Origin: Promethearchaeota archaeon
GTDB taxonomy: Archaea; Asgardarchaeota; Lokiarchaeia; Sigyniarchaeales; SOKP01
NCBI GenBank assembly: GCA_030599585.1
Contig: JAUVNS010000027.1
Span: 1-40,774, forward strand
Direction: 5' to 3'
Length of the DNA stretch: 40,774 nt
Shown: one piece after another, positions 31,093 through 40,033 of the stretch
Layout: the number at the start of each line of letters is the position of its first letter
Position numbering within the stretch: the stretch's first letter is position 1
Made by a program: the position numbers and the translations under genes
The notes under the pieces: generated by a model
What the model saw: the letters and a program-made list of their open reading frames with translations, nothing else
What the model was told of the DNA's origin: nothing
The model's database searches: none

Positions 31093-31902
31093 TTATAGAT
31101 TTTTTTCAGTAATTTTAATTAATGTGTTGATTGTATTCTGATAACAATAAAAAATCCACTCAAGCCAAGCATCCTCATCATAATCAGTACGCTGGTTTTT
31201 ATTATGGTGTCGAAATGAAAAAGTGTTTGCTATCTCAAATAATCTGCTTTCATCTTTACTTAATAAATGCAATTTTACTTCGAGTCTTAAAAATTCTAAA
31301 ACATCTGCTAAATTATTTATAGCATCTTTCTTATCCTCAATAGTAGATGAATGATGAAGAAATTTGTGATTAGCATGTTCAATTTTATTATTAATAGATT
31401 CATTATCTTTCGATTTAGGACGATTTAATACAATATTTTTCAATTTATCTTTAATTTGAACATAAATTTCACCATTTGGCATTAGTTCATATTTGCTATC
31501 TTTATATTTAGATAAAATTCTGTTAACATCCGCTCTAAATTTATCCCTTGCATAGGTATAGTCATCTTCTGATATAGACCGACCAGGGTAATATCTACAT
31601 ACATGATTATAAAAATATTCAATCAAATCAAAACAAGTAGCCTCATCATAAACAGCATACCATATATTTATTGGCCATATTTCTCTTCCAGGGAAAGTTA
31701 ACATAATATCTTCTTCCATCGGAATCCCTTTTTTACCCTCATAGTAATGATTAAAATCATAAATACCAAACTCTATTCTGAAATATCCTTTTTTATCAGA
31801 TTTTTCATATAAACCTTTTAACAAATAACAGAGATCTCCGATCCCGATATTTTTTTTCTTCGTACCTGATCTATAAGAATAATAATCCTTTTTTTCATTC
31901 AT
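31093..31902 (-). CDS. AbiJ-like / putative HEPN-related defence protein
   Basis: FDLIEYFY...FR.DVN.IL..Y...YEL..NGEI N-terminal pattern; C-terminal LADVLEFLR...LFEIANTFSFRHHN. Confidence 0.5.
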   Translation of the reverse strand: MNEKKDYYSYRSGTKKKNIGIGDLCYLLKGLYEKSDKKGYFRIEFGIYDFNHYYEGKKGIPMEEDIMLTFPGREIWPINIWYAVYDEATCFDLIEYFYNHVCRYYPGRSISEDDYTYARDKFRADVNRILSKYKDSKYELMPNGEIYVQIKDKLKNIVLNRPKSKDNESINNKIEHANHKFLHHSSTIEDKKDAINNLADVLEFLRLEVKLHLLSKDESRLFEIANTFSFRHHNKNQRTDYDEDAWLEWIFYCYQNTINTLIKITEKNL

Positions 31903-32152
31903 TTTTCTTATACTAAATATTGTATAAAATGCTTAATGAGAATGATCTTATAAATTTTTTGCTTCAAAATATGTTTTATCTCTTATTTATAAATAGATTA
32001 ATGTTATTTGTGTTATTAATAAGCATTATAAATATTATAAATCATATAAGTAGGATAAATTCTTAAAACTGGTTAAAAGTTAGATTTATTGTGAAAAGAG
32101 AATACGTTGTTTTAACTAGATAACATAAAAAAACAATATTTGAGAACGATTT

Positions 32153-32172
32153 AAAACCCAACACTGGGTTTT
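32153..32172. terminator. 8-bp hairpin (possible terminator or binding site)
   Basis: AAAACCCA-ACAC-TGGGTTTT. Confidence 0.3.
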
Positions 32173-32224
32173 GTAGCTACCCAAAAAAAATATTATGAGT
32201 CATTGAAATTTTTACTATATATAT

Positions 32225-32308
32225 TTGAAGAAAAAATCAAAAAAGAATAGTTCAAAAGAAAGCAAAGCGTCGTTGTTTACAACGGCAGATAAACTTTAAA
32301 GGAAATAA
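32225..32308 (+). pseudogene. Orphan diverged copy of the uvrD 3' end (direct repeat of 5469-5525)
   Basis: 32252-32295 versus 5469-5512: 39/44 identical, ungapped; SKESKASLFTTADKL versus SKKSKGSFFTTADKL; GAAATAA at the same offset as the uvrD stop. Confidence 0.85.
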
Positions 32309-32483
32309 AACATTCAAAAAGCCATTCTAAAGAGAAGCTATTGTACTAAAAGGGATAAATATATCTCCTCTACCAACTTGAATATTTCAATTCTCATTAA
32401 TTTTAATTCTATTAAACTATAGTGAAAATAAAACTATCTAAAAAAATCCAATTTAGAAGAAGCTCAATGGTAGAATTCTCTTT

Positions 32484-35400
32484 CTATAAAAATGAAGTTA
32501 AAGTACCTTTTCCTGTTTTTTCTTCAAATATATTTATAACTAGTTCAGAAATTTGTTCAAGTTCATCTGAAATATATTCTCTTATTCCATTTCTAATAGA
32601 TGCAATGCTTTTATACTTTGTAATTAAAGTAGGAAGTAGTTTTTTAGCCTTTTCTTCACATTTTTTACTTAATTTTGTTATCCTTTGATGATCAATATTT
32701 TTTTGATTAAATTTTGGAATTGGCAATTCTAATACCTTTTTATGTATATCTCTTGGACCAAACAACCCCTTAGATTGCATATCTTTAATTAAATTATCTA
32801 CTATAGGAGCGTTTAATATCCCCGTTAAGTAGTAAGCTTCATTCTCATTACTGGTCTCAAAATAATATGTTTTATGTTCTGCAATAAATCCATTTAAAAT
32901 AATTTCTATACCATTAAGACTAATATTAAAATTTTCATTTTCGTTATCAATTACACATGCCGCAAGATGAGTTCCTGAGGTCAAATAGAGGACTTTAAAT
33001 CTTATTGAATGATTTTGAGAAATAATTCCTTTGAATTTATTTATACGCTCATAAATCGAAATTAATTTCGTCTTCCCTAAATTTGCTTTTTTCCAATTTT
33101 TTTCATTTTCTTCAAGAATATCCACGAGTCCGTCAAAACCTCTTATTTGAGCATCTTCCTTCTCTAAGATTTTATATTTAGTCTTAGTTTGAGTCACTGG
33201 TAAACCAACAACGAGAAATGGAAGGTGAGCAAAAGGAACAACTTCAGAACCTCTTAAGGTTGCGTATAAAAAATCTTTTTCAATATTTCCTTTTGTAATA
33301 AAATCTTTATATTTTGGCTTTGCCACTTTAATGATCTTTTTTGATGTTTCTATATATGGTTTATCAGGATTAATGCCTAATTTGGGATGTTTTATGAAAT
33401 CCACAAACCAAAAATTTCGTGGAGTCAATGTAGCACCTTGTTTAAATTGCTTTAAATAATATCTTTCTGATAAAGTAATCTCCATTTTTTTTTTAGCAAT
33501 AAATGTTCTCTCTCCTATCCTATTAAGAAAATAATCGTTTTCTTCAATTGTTAAATGCTTTTTAGCTTCTATTAAATTTGCATTTTTTCTTGGGAGTTTT
33601 CCTATAAATTCTTTTCCTTTTAATGGGTAAGTCGTTTTTAATCCTTTTCTTCCAATTATAACGCATGTATTTATTTTAAATAAGGGTTTAACTTTATCTA
33701 AATCATAAAGTGAAATAATTTTTATTTTATTTTCAAGATTTTTTTTATCTTGTAAATTATATTTTCCTTCTCTGAAATCATTATGTTGATCTGCTTGGAA
33801 AAAACTTCGTGGTAATACAAAACCAATAACACCATTATTTTTTAAGTAAAGATGTGCGCTCTTAATAAAAAATAATGACGCAAATTCCATATGTGTTATA
33901 AGGTTTTGTTTTTTCGCTGACAATAAATTGTATGTATTAATAACTTGATCTTTTACAAATTCTTGATAATCTTCATTCATATAACGATAAGATATCCAAG
34001 GTGGATTTCCAATAATAATGTCAAATTTATCTTCTTGTAAGAAAATGGGTTTATAAATATTCTTAATTACATAAATCCAAATTGTATCTCTCTTCTGTTT
34101 TACAAGATTCCGGATCTTATCGGTTAATAGAGTTAGAACTGTTAAAAGTCGATTTTCAAAATTATAGCTTTTTAAACGAGACTTTAGTTGGTTATGAGTT
34201 TCATTTTTGTCCATATCTTCCTTTTGGGCTAATACTTTTATATTCTTTAAAACTTCATGCAATAGTTCTGTCGATTTTGCAATCATTTCTGGTATTTGCA
34301 GTTGGATTTTTTTTTCAATTCCTAACGTATAAACAGGTACTAAAATTTTCTTATCTTCGTCACTTGCAATTTGGGTCCTTTCATGTTTTGGTAATTTCAT
34401 AGTATCTGCTAAATAAACTGGGATTGTAATAGGATTTTTCTTATATCTTACTATATCACCAAGTGCAAGTAAAAAATTTACCTTACTTATAATTACAGCC
34501 AACGGAAGGATGTCAACCCCAACAACATTATTCACCACATGCTCTAATATTTCATGACTTGTTTTTTTCTTTTTCAACAAAAATTCTTTCATAACTTTTA
34601 TGGTTTCTACTAAGAAAGTTCCTGAACCACATGCTGGATCTAAAACTCGTTTATTTGGATCTAAAATTAATTCATCCACCATATAGGTTGCTAACCAATC
34701 AGGCGTATAATATTCTCCTAAATCATGTCTTTCTTCAGGATCAACTAATGATTGATATAATCCTTTTAAAATATCTTCATCAATCTCTGTTATTTCAAAC
34801 GAAGTTAAATGCTCTATAATGTGTTTAGTTATCTCAATACAAAAATCATCGCTCACTCTTAATATCCACGCAAAGAAGTCTTCTTCTAAAAAATTATTTA
34901 TTCCCCATTTCGTAAAAGCCTGCCCGTTTAAAATATGTATTATTTGATTTGGAGTAGGGATTGCACCTCCCGAATAAAAAATAAAAGCTATCAATTTGCA
35001 TAGGGTAACGAGATAAGTATGACGTAGATATAGAGATTCTTTACCAAATTCACCTCCATATACAATCTCTAGATATCTTGACCATTCATCAAATAATACT
35101 TTAATATTGTCATCATTTTCAATAGATTGCCACTTATCCTTTAATAATCCAAAAATCTGTTTATATACAGGACTATCTTTACCAAATACCTCGAGAAAGT
35201 TTTCAGTGGAAGGAATTAATAGAGTTTTATATAAAATGTAACGGTCTAACCACAAATATGCAAAATTATGATCAACTTCATCTAATTTTAAAGTATCTAT
35301 TAAATCTAATTCAATATCTTTTTGCTCGATATTAATTATACTTTCTTCAATTAAACGAGGTCTGTAAACTATTATTTCAATACCATCTGATGCCATCAGT

Positions 35401-35744
35401 AGATATTTTACCCGATTTTTTTCATTTGACCAAATGATTGAAATATATCTTGTTAACTCTTCTATAGCTGTAGATAATTTATCTTCTTCTAAATCTGTTT
35501 TAAATTCAATAATAATATTTCCTAGTAGTGCATCTGCTCTTCCTTTAATTGTTAAAGTTCTTTCTTTTTCCTCTTTTTTTAAAAATTTTTCTAAAATTGG
35601 AAATAATACGTGAGTTCTATCAATCTCTGCTGAACTAAAAATCTTTCTAATAAATTCTAAGAAATAAAAGGTTTTAGATGCTTCTGTATGAGTTTTATTT
35701 ATATCACCAATATAAGATTTTAACACATTCTCAAAATTTATCAT
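32484..35744 (-). CDS. Type IIG restriction-modification enzyme (REase + N6-adenine MTase + TRD)
   Basis: RADALLGNIIIEFK nuclease motif; GEYYTP, VLDPACGSGTFL, DIIIGNPPW; C-terminal TRD-like region. Confidence 0.92.
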   Translation of the reverse strand: MINFENVLKSYIGDINKTHTEASKTFYFLEFIRKIFSSAEIDRTHVLFPILEKFLKKEEKERTLTIKGRADALLGNIIIEFKTDLEEDKLSTAIEELTRYISIIWSNEKNRVKYLLMASDGIEIIVYRPRLIEESIINIEQKDIELDLIDTLKLDEVDHNFAYLWLDRYILYKTLLIPSTENFLEVFGKDSPVYKQIFGLLKDKWQSIENDDNIKVLFDEWSRYLEIVYGGEFGKESLYLRHTYLVTLCKLIAFIFYSGGAIPTPNQIIHILNGQAFTKWGINNFLEEDFFAWILRVSDDFCIEITKHIIEHLTSFEITEIDEDILKGLYQSLVDPEERHDLGEYYTPDWLATYMVDELILDPNKRVLDPACGSGTFLVETIKVMKEFLLKKKKTSHEILEHVVNNVVGVDILPLAVIISKVNFLLALGDIVRYKKNPITIPVYLADTMKLPKHERTQIASDEDKKILVPVYTLGIEKKIQLQIPEMIAKSTELLHEVLKNIKVLAQKEDMDKNETHNQLKSRLKSYNFENRLLTVLTLLTDKIRNLVKQKRDTIWIYVIKNIYKPIFLQEDKFDIIIGNPPWISYRYMNEDYQEFVKDQVINTYNLLSAKKQNLITHMEFASLFFIKSAHLYLKNNGVIGFVLPRSFFQADQHNDFREGKYNLQDKKNLENKIKIISLYDLDKVKPLFKINTCVIIGRKGLKTTYPLKGKEFIGKLPRKNANLIEAKKHLTIEENDYFLNRIGERTFIAKKKMEITLSERYYLKQFKQGATLTPRNFWFVDFIKHPKLGINPDKPYIETSKKIIKVAKPKYKDFITKGNIEKDFLYATLRGSEVVPFAHLPFLVVGLPVTQTKTKYKILEKEDAQIRGFDGLVDILEENEKNWKKANLGKTKLISIYERINKFKGIISQNHSIRFKVLYLTSGTHLAACVIDNENENFNISLNGIEIILNGFIAEHKTYYFETSNENEAYYLTGILNAPIVDNLIKDMQSKGLFGPRDIHKKVLELPIPKFNQKNIDHQRITKLSKKCEEKAKKLLPTLITKYKSIASIRNGIREYISDELEQISELVINIFEEKTGKGTLTSFL

Positions 35745-35985
35745 TATCTTAATAAGGATTTTTAATAGGTTATATAATCAATAGTTTCAATCAAAAATAA
35801 TAAAGGTTGTCTAGAGGTTAATAATGAATTTTTTCCATAACCTTCATACCGACAAAAAAATTGGTTTAATTTATTTTTATAGACATAGGATTAAATAAAA
35901 AAACTTTATTGCTATTTTTGAGGGTAAAAACATATAAAGATAAATGTGCTATCGTGATTAATTACATCTCCATCCGGAACAACTT

Positions 35986-36612
35986 TCAACACAGTATGAT
36001 CGATCTATCTCCGTCTAACATTGAGTTGGCGCGCGAAGCGTTCGCAAATGTTTTTGTGTATTTAATAGTAAATAACTTGAATTTTAGCATTATTGCAAGA
36101 GCGATGGCGTCAAAACCTTTATCCAATATTAAGAGAGCATAATGAAACTCATCTAATTGAACAATATTTCGATGATCTTCATATGTTAGTTCATCCCTAT
36201 TATTATAATCTCTAATTCTTATTGAACCATCTCCTAATACTGTCATATTTCTATGAGAACAAGAATTTCTAATATGGATTAAAACTTTCAATGCTTCTCT
36301 TGGTAAATCAGGAGGTGTTCTATCATTATTATTGTATAATTGAAAAATATCTCTAATTGAGTGTAAAGGATGTGATCTATTTTCCCATCTATAAATCTGT
36401 TTTTCTATATATACACACTTTCTTTTGAATAATTCATAAAATCCTACATAATATGTTCGAAATATCCGTAAACGTTCTACAATAGGACTATCATCAGAAA
36501 GAACATCTGGGTAATCAAAATTTTGAATTAAGTCAACATTTTCATGCAGTAAAGAACTTGCTGCCTCAAAATCTGGAACAGGTATAATATCATCTGTGTA
36601 TAGTTTAATCAA
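35986..36612 (-). CDS. HEPN-motif protein (possibly a fragment)
   Basis: IRNSCSH (RxxxxH) in a helical context followed by IRIRD; TTG start, no clear RBS. Confidence 0.55.
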   Translation of the reverse strand: MIKLYTDDIIPVPDFEAASSLLHENVDLIQNFDYPDVLSDDSPIVERLRIFRTYYVGFYELFKRKCVYIEKQIYRWENRSHPLHSIRDIFQLYNNNDRTPPDLPREALKVLIHIRNSCSHRNMTVLGDGSIRIRDYNNRDELTYEDHRNIVQLDEFHYALLILDKGFDAIALAIMLKFKLFTIKYTKTFANASRANSMLDGDRSIILC

Positions 36613-36702
36613 GAAATTATATCTAATTAGAAGTCAATACTTATAAAGGAAAAAATAAAAAAAAAAGATGAGTTAGTTATTATTATTTAAATATTGGTTG
36701 CG

Positions 36703-37473
36703 TTAGTAGACTCTTGCAGAAGAAAAAGAATTATTGAAACTATATGTAGCAAAATCGAAGGTCCATACATGAGTATAAAATCTCATCCATGCACCCTTAA
36801 GATACTTATCTGTATAAAGTGTACCATAACTACCACAGTCAACTATTAAAGCAGATGCTCTGTTATCAAAGCCTCTACCCGATTGATCTTTGAAGATTCC
36901 AAGATCGGGATAGTCTCTATAATATCTTTTACCACAATAAGAATGTCCTCCCCTAAGTCCGATAAACAACCATGGAAAAAAGGGAAACACTTTATCCCAG
37001 AGATATAAGCTATGTGATTTGTATTTGAAGAATGGATCATAATCTTCTAGAATTTCTCTTCTCTTTTCTGTCTCTTCCGGTTTAAGATTATGCTTCTTCA
37101 AGAAATTCTCATACTTTTCAGTTGTTTTTTTTACTTCTTCAATTTGAGATTGTTTTATCTTTTCTAACATTTCAGGAGTTCTTTCTTTCTTTAATCTCTT
37201 TTCCAATTCTTTTTCTCTCTTATATTCACCAAACCGGTTTGTAGCTTTTAACCACGTCTCTAGTTTTTCTTCTGTGGAGAAACCATATGCAGTTCCATCT
37301 TCAGCTGCTTCTCGCGGTACAATTATAAATTGTATTGTTCCTCCCTTTTCTTCTCCAAAATCTTCGAATGTATACTTTTTCTTTCGACTTGTAATATTTT
37401 TTCGATCTTCTGATATAGAATAATCTTCGCCATCTACTACATACTTTAAAATATCTTTAACCATTCGTATCAA
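36703..37473 (-). CDS. Protein with coiled coil and C-terminal beta/gamma-crystallin-like domain
   Basis: YPDL...FDNRASAL and TLYTDKYLKG...FNNSFSSARV Greek-key-type motifs. Confidence 0.65.
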   Translation of the reverse strand: MIRMVKDILKYVVDGEDYSISEDRKNITSRKKKYTFEDFGEEKGGTIQFIIVPREAAEDGTAYGFSTEEKLETWLKATNRFGEYKREKELEKRLKKERTPEMLEKIKQSQIEEVKKTTEKYENFLKKHNLKPEETEKRREILEDYDPFFKYKSHSLYLWDKVFPFFPWLFIGLRGGHSYCGKRYYRDYPDLGIFKDQSGRGFDNRASALIVDCGSYGTLYTDKYLKGAWMRFYTHVWTFDFATYSFNNSFSSARVY

Positions 37474-37504
37474 TTCTTTTATGTTTTTTTTAGATTTCTA
37501 AAAA

Positions 37505-37528
37505 TTCTTCTCAAATTAGTGAGAAGAA
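37505..37528. promoter_or_regulatory. 9-6-9 inverted repeat upstream of the crystallin-like gene
   Basis: TTCTTCTCA-AATTAG-TGAGAAGAA. Confidence 0.35.
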
Positions 37529-37736
37529 CTAGTATAAGTATATGAAATGAAGTATTTAAGAATTTTGCCAAAAATGTCAATTTATTTTTATGATAATATA
37601 TTTATAACGGGAAAAAATCAATTTTTTAAAAGGACTAAAAGAATTAACAATAAAATCACTATAAATCTATTGACATCTGCATTTTTTCAAATCTTTATTG
37701 CTTTAGCTTAATTTTTTTTTAAAAAAGCTGGAAAAA

Positions 37737-38453
37737 CTAACCTAAAACTATCCGGCAGGCAACATCCATTACTTTTGCTATATCCGTCATATACCATGCA
37801 AATTCCTGATCCGAGCAGTTTGTAATCCAATCAAGGAGTTTATTCTCACTTTTAACCCGTAATTTATCCATTAATACGCTAAATAATTCCAAATCTGCGA
37901 AAGATATGCTTTTTTTCTTAAATCTGATAAAACTGTCTTTAATAATAGACTCGTTTTGCTGCCAACGTTCTTCGCATATATCTTCAAACTTGTCATGCTC
38001 TGCTTTGAACTTGGCAAGGTTAAAAAGTCTATTGAATAGTATGGTCCAAATAGACACACCACCATTTTCAGAGTCCTTATTAAATATATCACTTTTTGAG
38101 TCTAAAATATATCTAGACATTGACTTTAAAGAATGGTATGGCGTTAACCAATCCGTAATATAATGAAAACACCATCCAAGCCAACGAGACCAAGAATTAT
38201 CACCAGAATTATAAGCTTTAAAAGCCTTATTAATATTTTGGATAGCCATTTCCTTTGCTCCATCAGTATGGTCAGCAAACCACACAATTGAAGTGGTTAC
38301 TGCTTCGAGCATATCCTTACGTAACCCCTCTCTGTTTATTTCGTCTGGTTCTACTGATGAAGACACGAGTATTTGCAAGTTATCGGAATCTATAGCATGA
38401 TATCCGTATAATCCTACTAATCGAGCTAAACCTTTATGCGTGATCTCTCTCAA
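37737..38453 (-). CDS. Zinc-dependent phospholipase C / P1-nuclease fold protein
   Basis: N-terminal TH, EPD, DH, LGWCFHYITDWLTPYH, HDKFE. Confidence 0.8.
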   Translation of the reverse strand: MREITHKGLARLVGLYGYHAIDSDNLQILVSSSVEPDEINREGLRKDMLEAVTTSIVWFADHTDGAKEMAIQNINKAFKAYNSGDNSWSRWLGWCFHYITDWLTPYHSLKSMSRYILDSKSDIFNKDSENGGVSIWTILFNRLFNLAKFKAEHDKFEDICEERWQQNESIIKDSFIRFKKKSISFADLELFSVLMDKLRVKSENKLLDWITNCSDQEFAWYMTDIAKVMDVACRIVLG

Positions 38454-38896
38454 TTTACTTCTTTTTTATGTATTTTTATTGCCCTGAATTACATTCTAGA
38501 TTTTAGAATTTTTGTTAATTAAAATAACATGATAATCTTTATTAAATTGTCTTTAGCAAATCTTAGAAGAAATATTAAAATCCTGTAAAGACTCAAGATT
38601 TTAAAATATAATAGATTGTATAAGAAAATCCAATTAGAATCTAAAAGTTTAATCAAAGTTCGAAAAAATTTACTAAATATGTGAATTCTTCCTAATTTTT
38701 GTTACCATAGTTTTGACATTAGTGTCGACTATGATAAGGTTTTCAGGAAAGTGAAAAAATAAAGATTAAAATTAACAAAACGAGACAGAATTCAGAAGTA
38801 GTACGACCTTCCTTTCCTGAAAAGGTTGAAAATCTCGCTAATTCATCGAGGGATCTAGAATTAAACTTTATTAAAAATAAAAAAGAGGTATTTCTA

Positions 38897-40018
38897 ATGA
38901 ATGAAAATGTAAAGGAAATAAGAAAAGAACTTTATAACCTTAGATCAACTATCCGAAATGAGTCTTTGAAATTAAGAGGAGTTGATTTAGACAAAGTAAA
39001 TGCGTTAGAAGAACGCATGGAAAAGAATCACAACAACCTAATAGATAGATTGCATAAAATAAGGATAAGTCAAGGTGAAGCTAGGGCAAAAAGCCAAGAA
39101 AAGCTAATGAAAATCGACAAATCGGCATTGAGAGAAGAAGCAAACAACAAAATTAAGGGGCTATTAAAGGATTATAAATTAGGGTTTTTTAGAAAATGTG
39201 GTTGTAATATTAATGAAGTCTGTGATTTTTTATACCACGGTGCAGAAGATGAAGGCATAACTACAGAAGATGAGTCAGGGATGAACAGAGTAACTGTATC
39301 TGGCCCGTATGATACAGAGAAAATGCAAGCACAACCCGTTGTAGATATTAATGGAAATGTACCCCATAATTATATAGGTCAGATTTTTAGGTATTTCGTA
39401 TTTCACTTTGAACCCGGAGAAACTCGAACTTATTGCATTCAACCCGAAATCTATCTGAATGGTTGGTGGCTTATATGGCCTTTTAATTCAGGTACATGTC
39501 CACCTTCAGATGTAATAAACGGAAGGGGAACTATTTGGATAAAACTAAGAGTTGAAGCTCGACAAGGGGGGGACCTTCATTATGTCGAGCATGTTGTAGT
39601 AATGGAAGAGAACATTGAAGCTCCAGGTGATCGAGAAGGTCCAGTATATTACGTACCTTCTGCAAAAACAAACCTCCAAGTTGAGCTAAGAGCACATGAA
39701 GATGTAGCAGTAATTGTGTATTGTGAAGTATATGCTGAAACAAGTAATGTATGCCGAGCAATTGTAGATCTAGGTTCAAGTCCAGGTTTTTATTTTAGGG
39801 TGCCAAAAGTTGATGTAGGACCTAAAATAAGATGCCTGACATTGAAGGAAGAAGCTTTAGGCGAAAGGGTTTTAGAGGAATTAGGAAGATTAATTATAGT
39901 TGATGAACGCCCCATAATTGACAAAGAATTCCCACCCGAGCCGGACTGCTTACCAGGCCCTTGCTTCACTAAATTTAAACCTTCTCTGAAGCAATTTAAT
40001 GAAAAATATATAGGATAG
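38897..40018 (+). CDS. Hypothetical protein (N-terminal coiled coil, Cys-containing beta-rich domain, Pro/Cys tail)
   Basis: 373-aa ORF with GAGG RBS; directly upstream of the rSAM gene. Confidence 0.75.
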   Translation: MNENVKEIRKELYNLRSTIRNESLKLRGVDLDKVNALEERMEKNHNNLIDRLHKIRISQGEARAKSQEKLMKIDKSALREEANNKIKGLLKDYKLGFFRKCGCNINEVCDFLYHGAEDEGITTEDESGMNRVTVSGPYDTEKMQAQPVVDINGNVPHNYIGQIFRYFVFHFEPGETRTYCIQPEIYLNGWWLIWPFNSGTCPPSDVINGRGTIWIKLRVEARQGGDLHYVEHVVVMEENIEAPGDREGPVYYVPSAKTNLQVELRAHEDVAVIVYCEVYAETSNVCRAIVDLGSSPGFYFRVPKVDVGPKIRCLTLKEEALGERVLEELGRLIIVDERPIIDKEFPPEPDCLPGPCFTKFKPSLKQFNEKYIG

Positions 40019-40033
40019 TGTCTAAATCTAAAG

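Noticed and set aside
1335-39779. Short ORFs nested in or antisense to long genes (e.g. 1335, 3746, 4125, 5667, 6233, 8824, 12643, 14009, 15352, 16459, 20272, 21022, 23426, 23894, 27370, 27699, 28973, 29173, 31131, 32422, 34082, 34631, 35909, 36846, 37871, 37906, 39531)
   Set aside because: They overlap better-supported CDSs and carry no motifs
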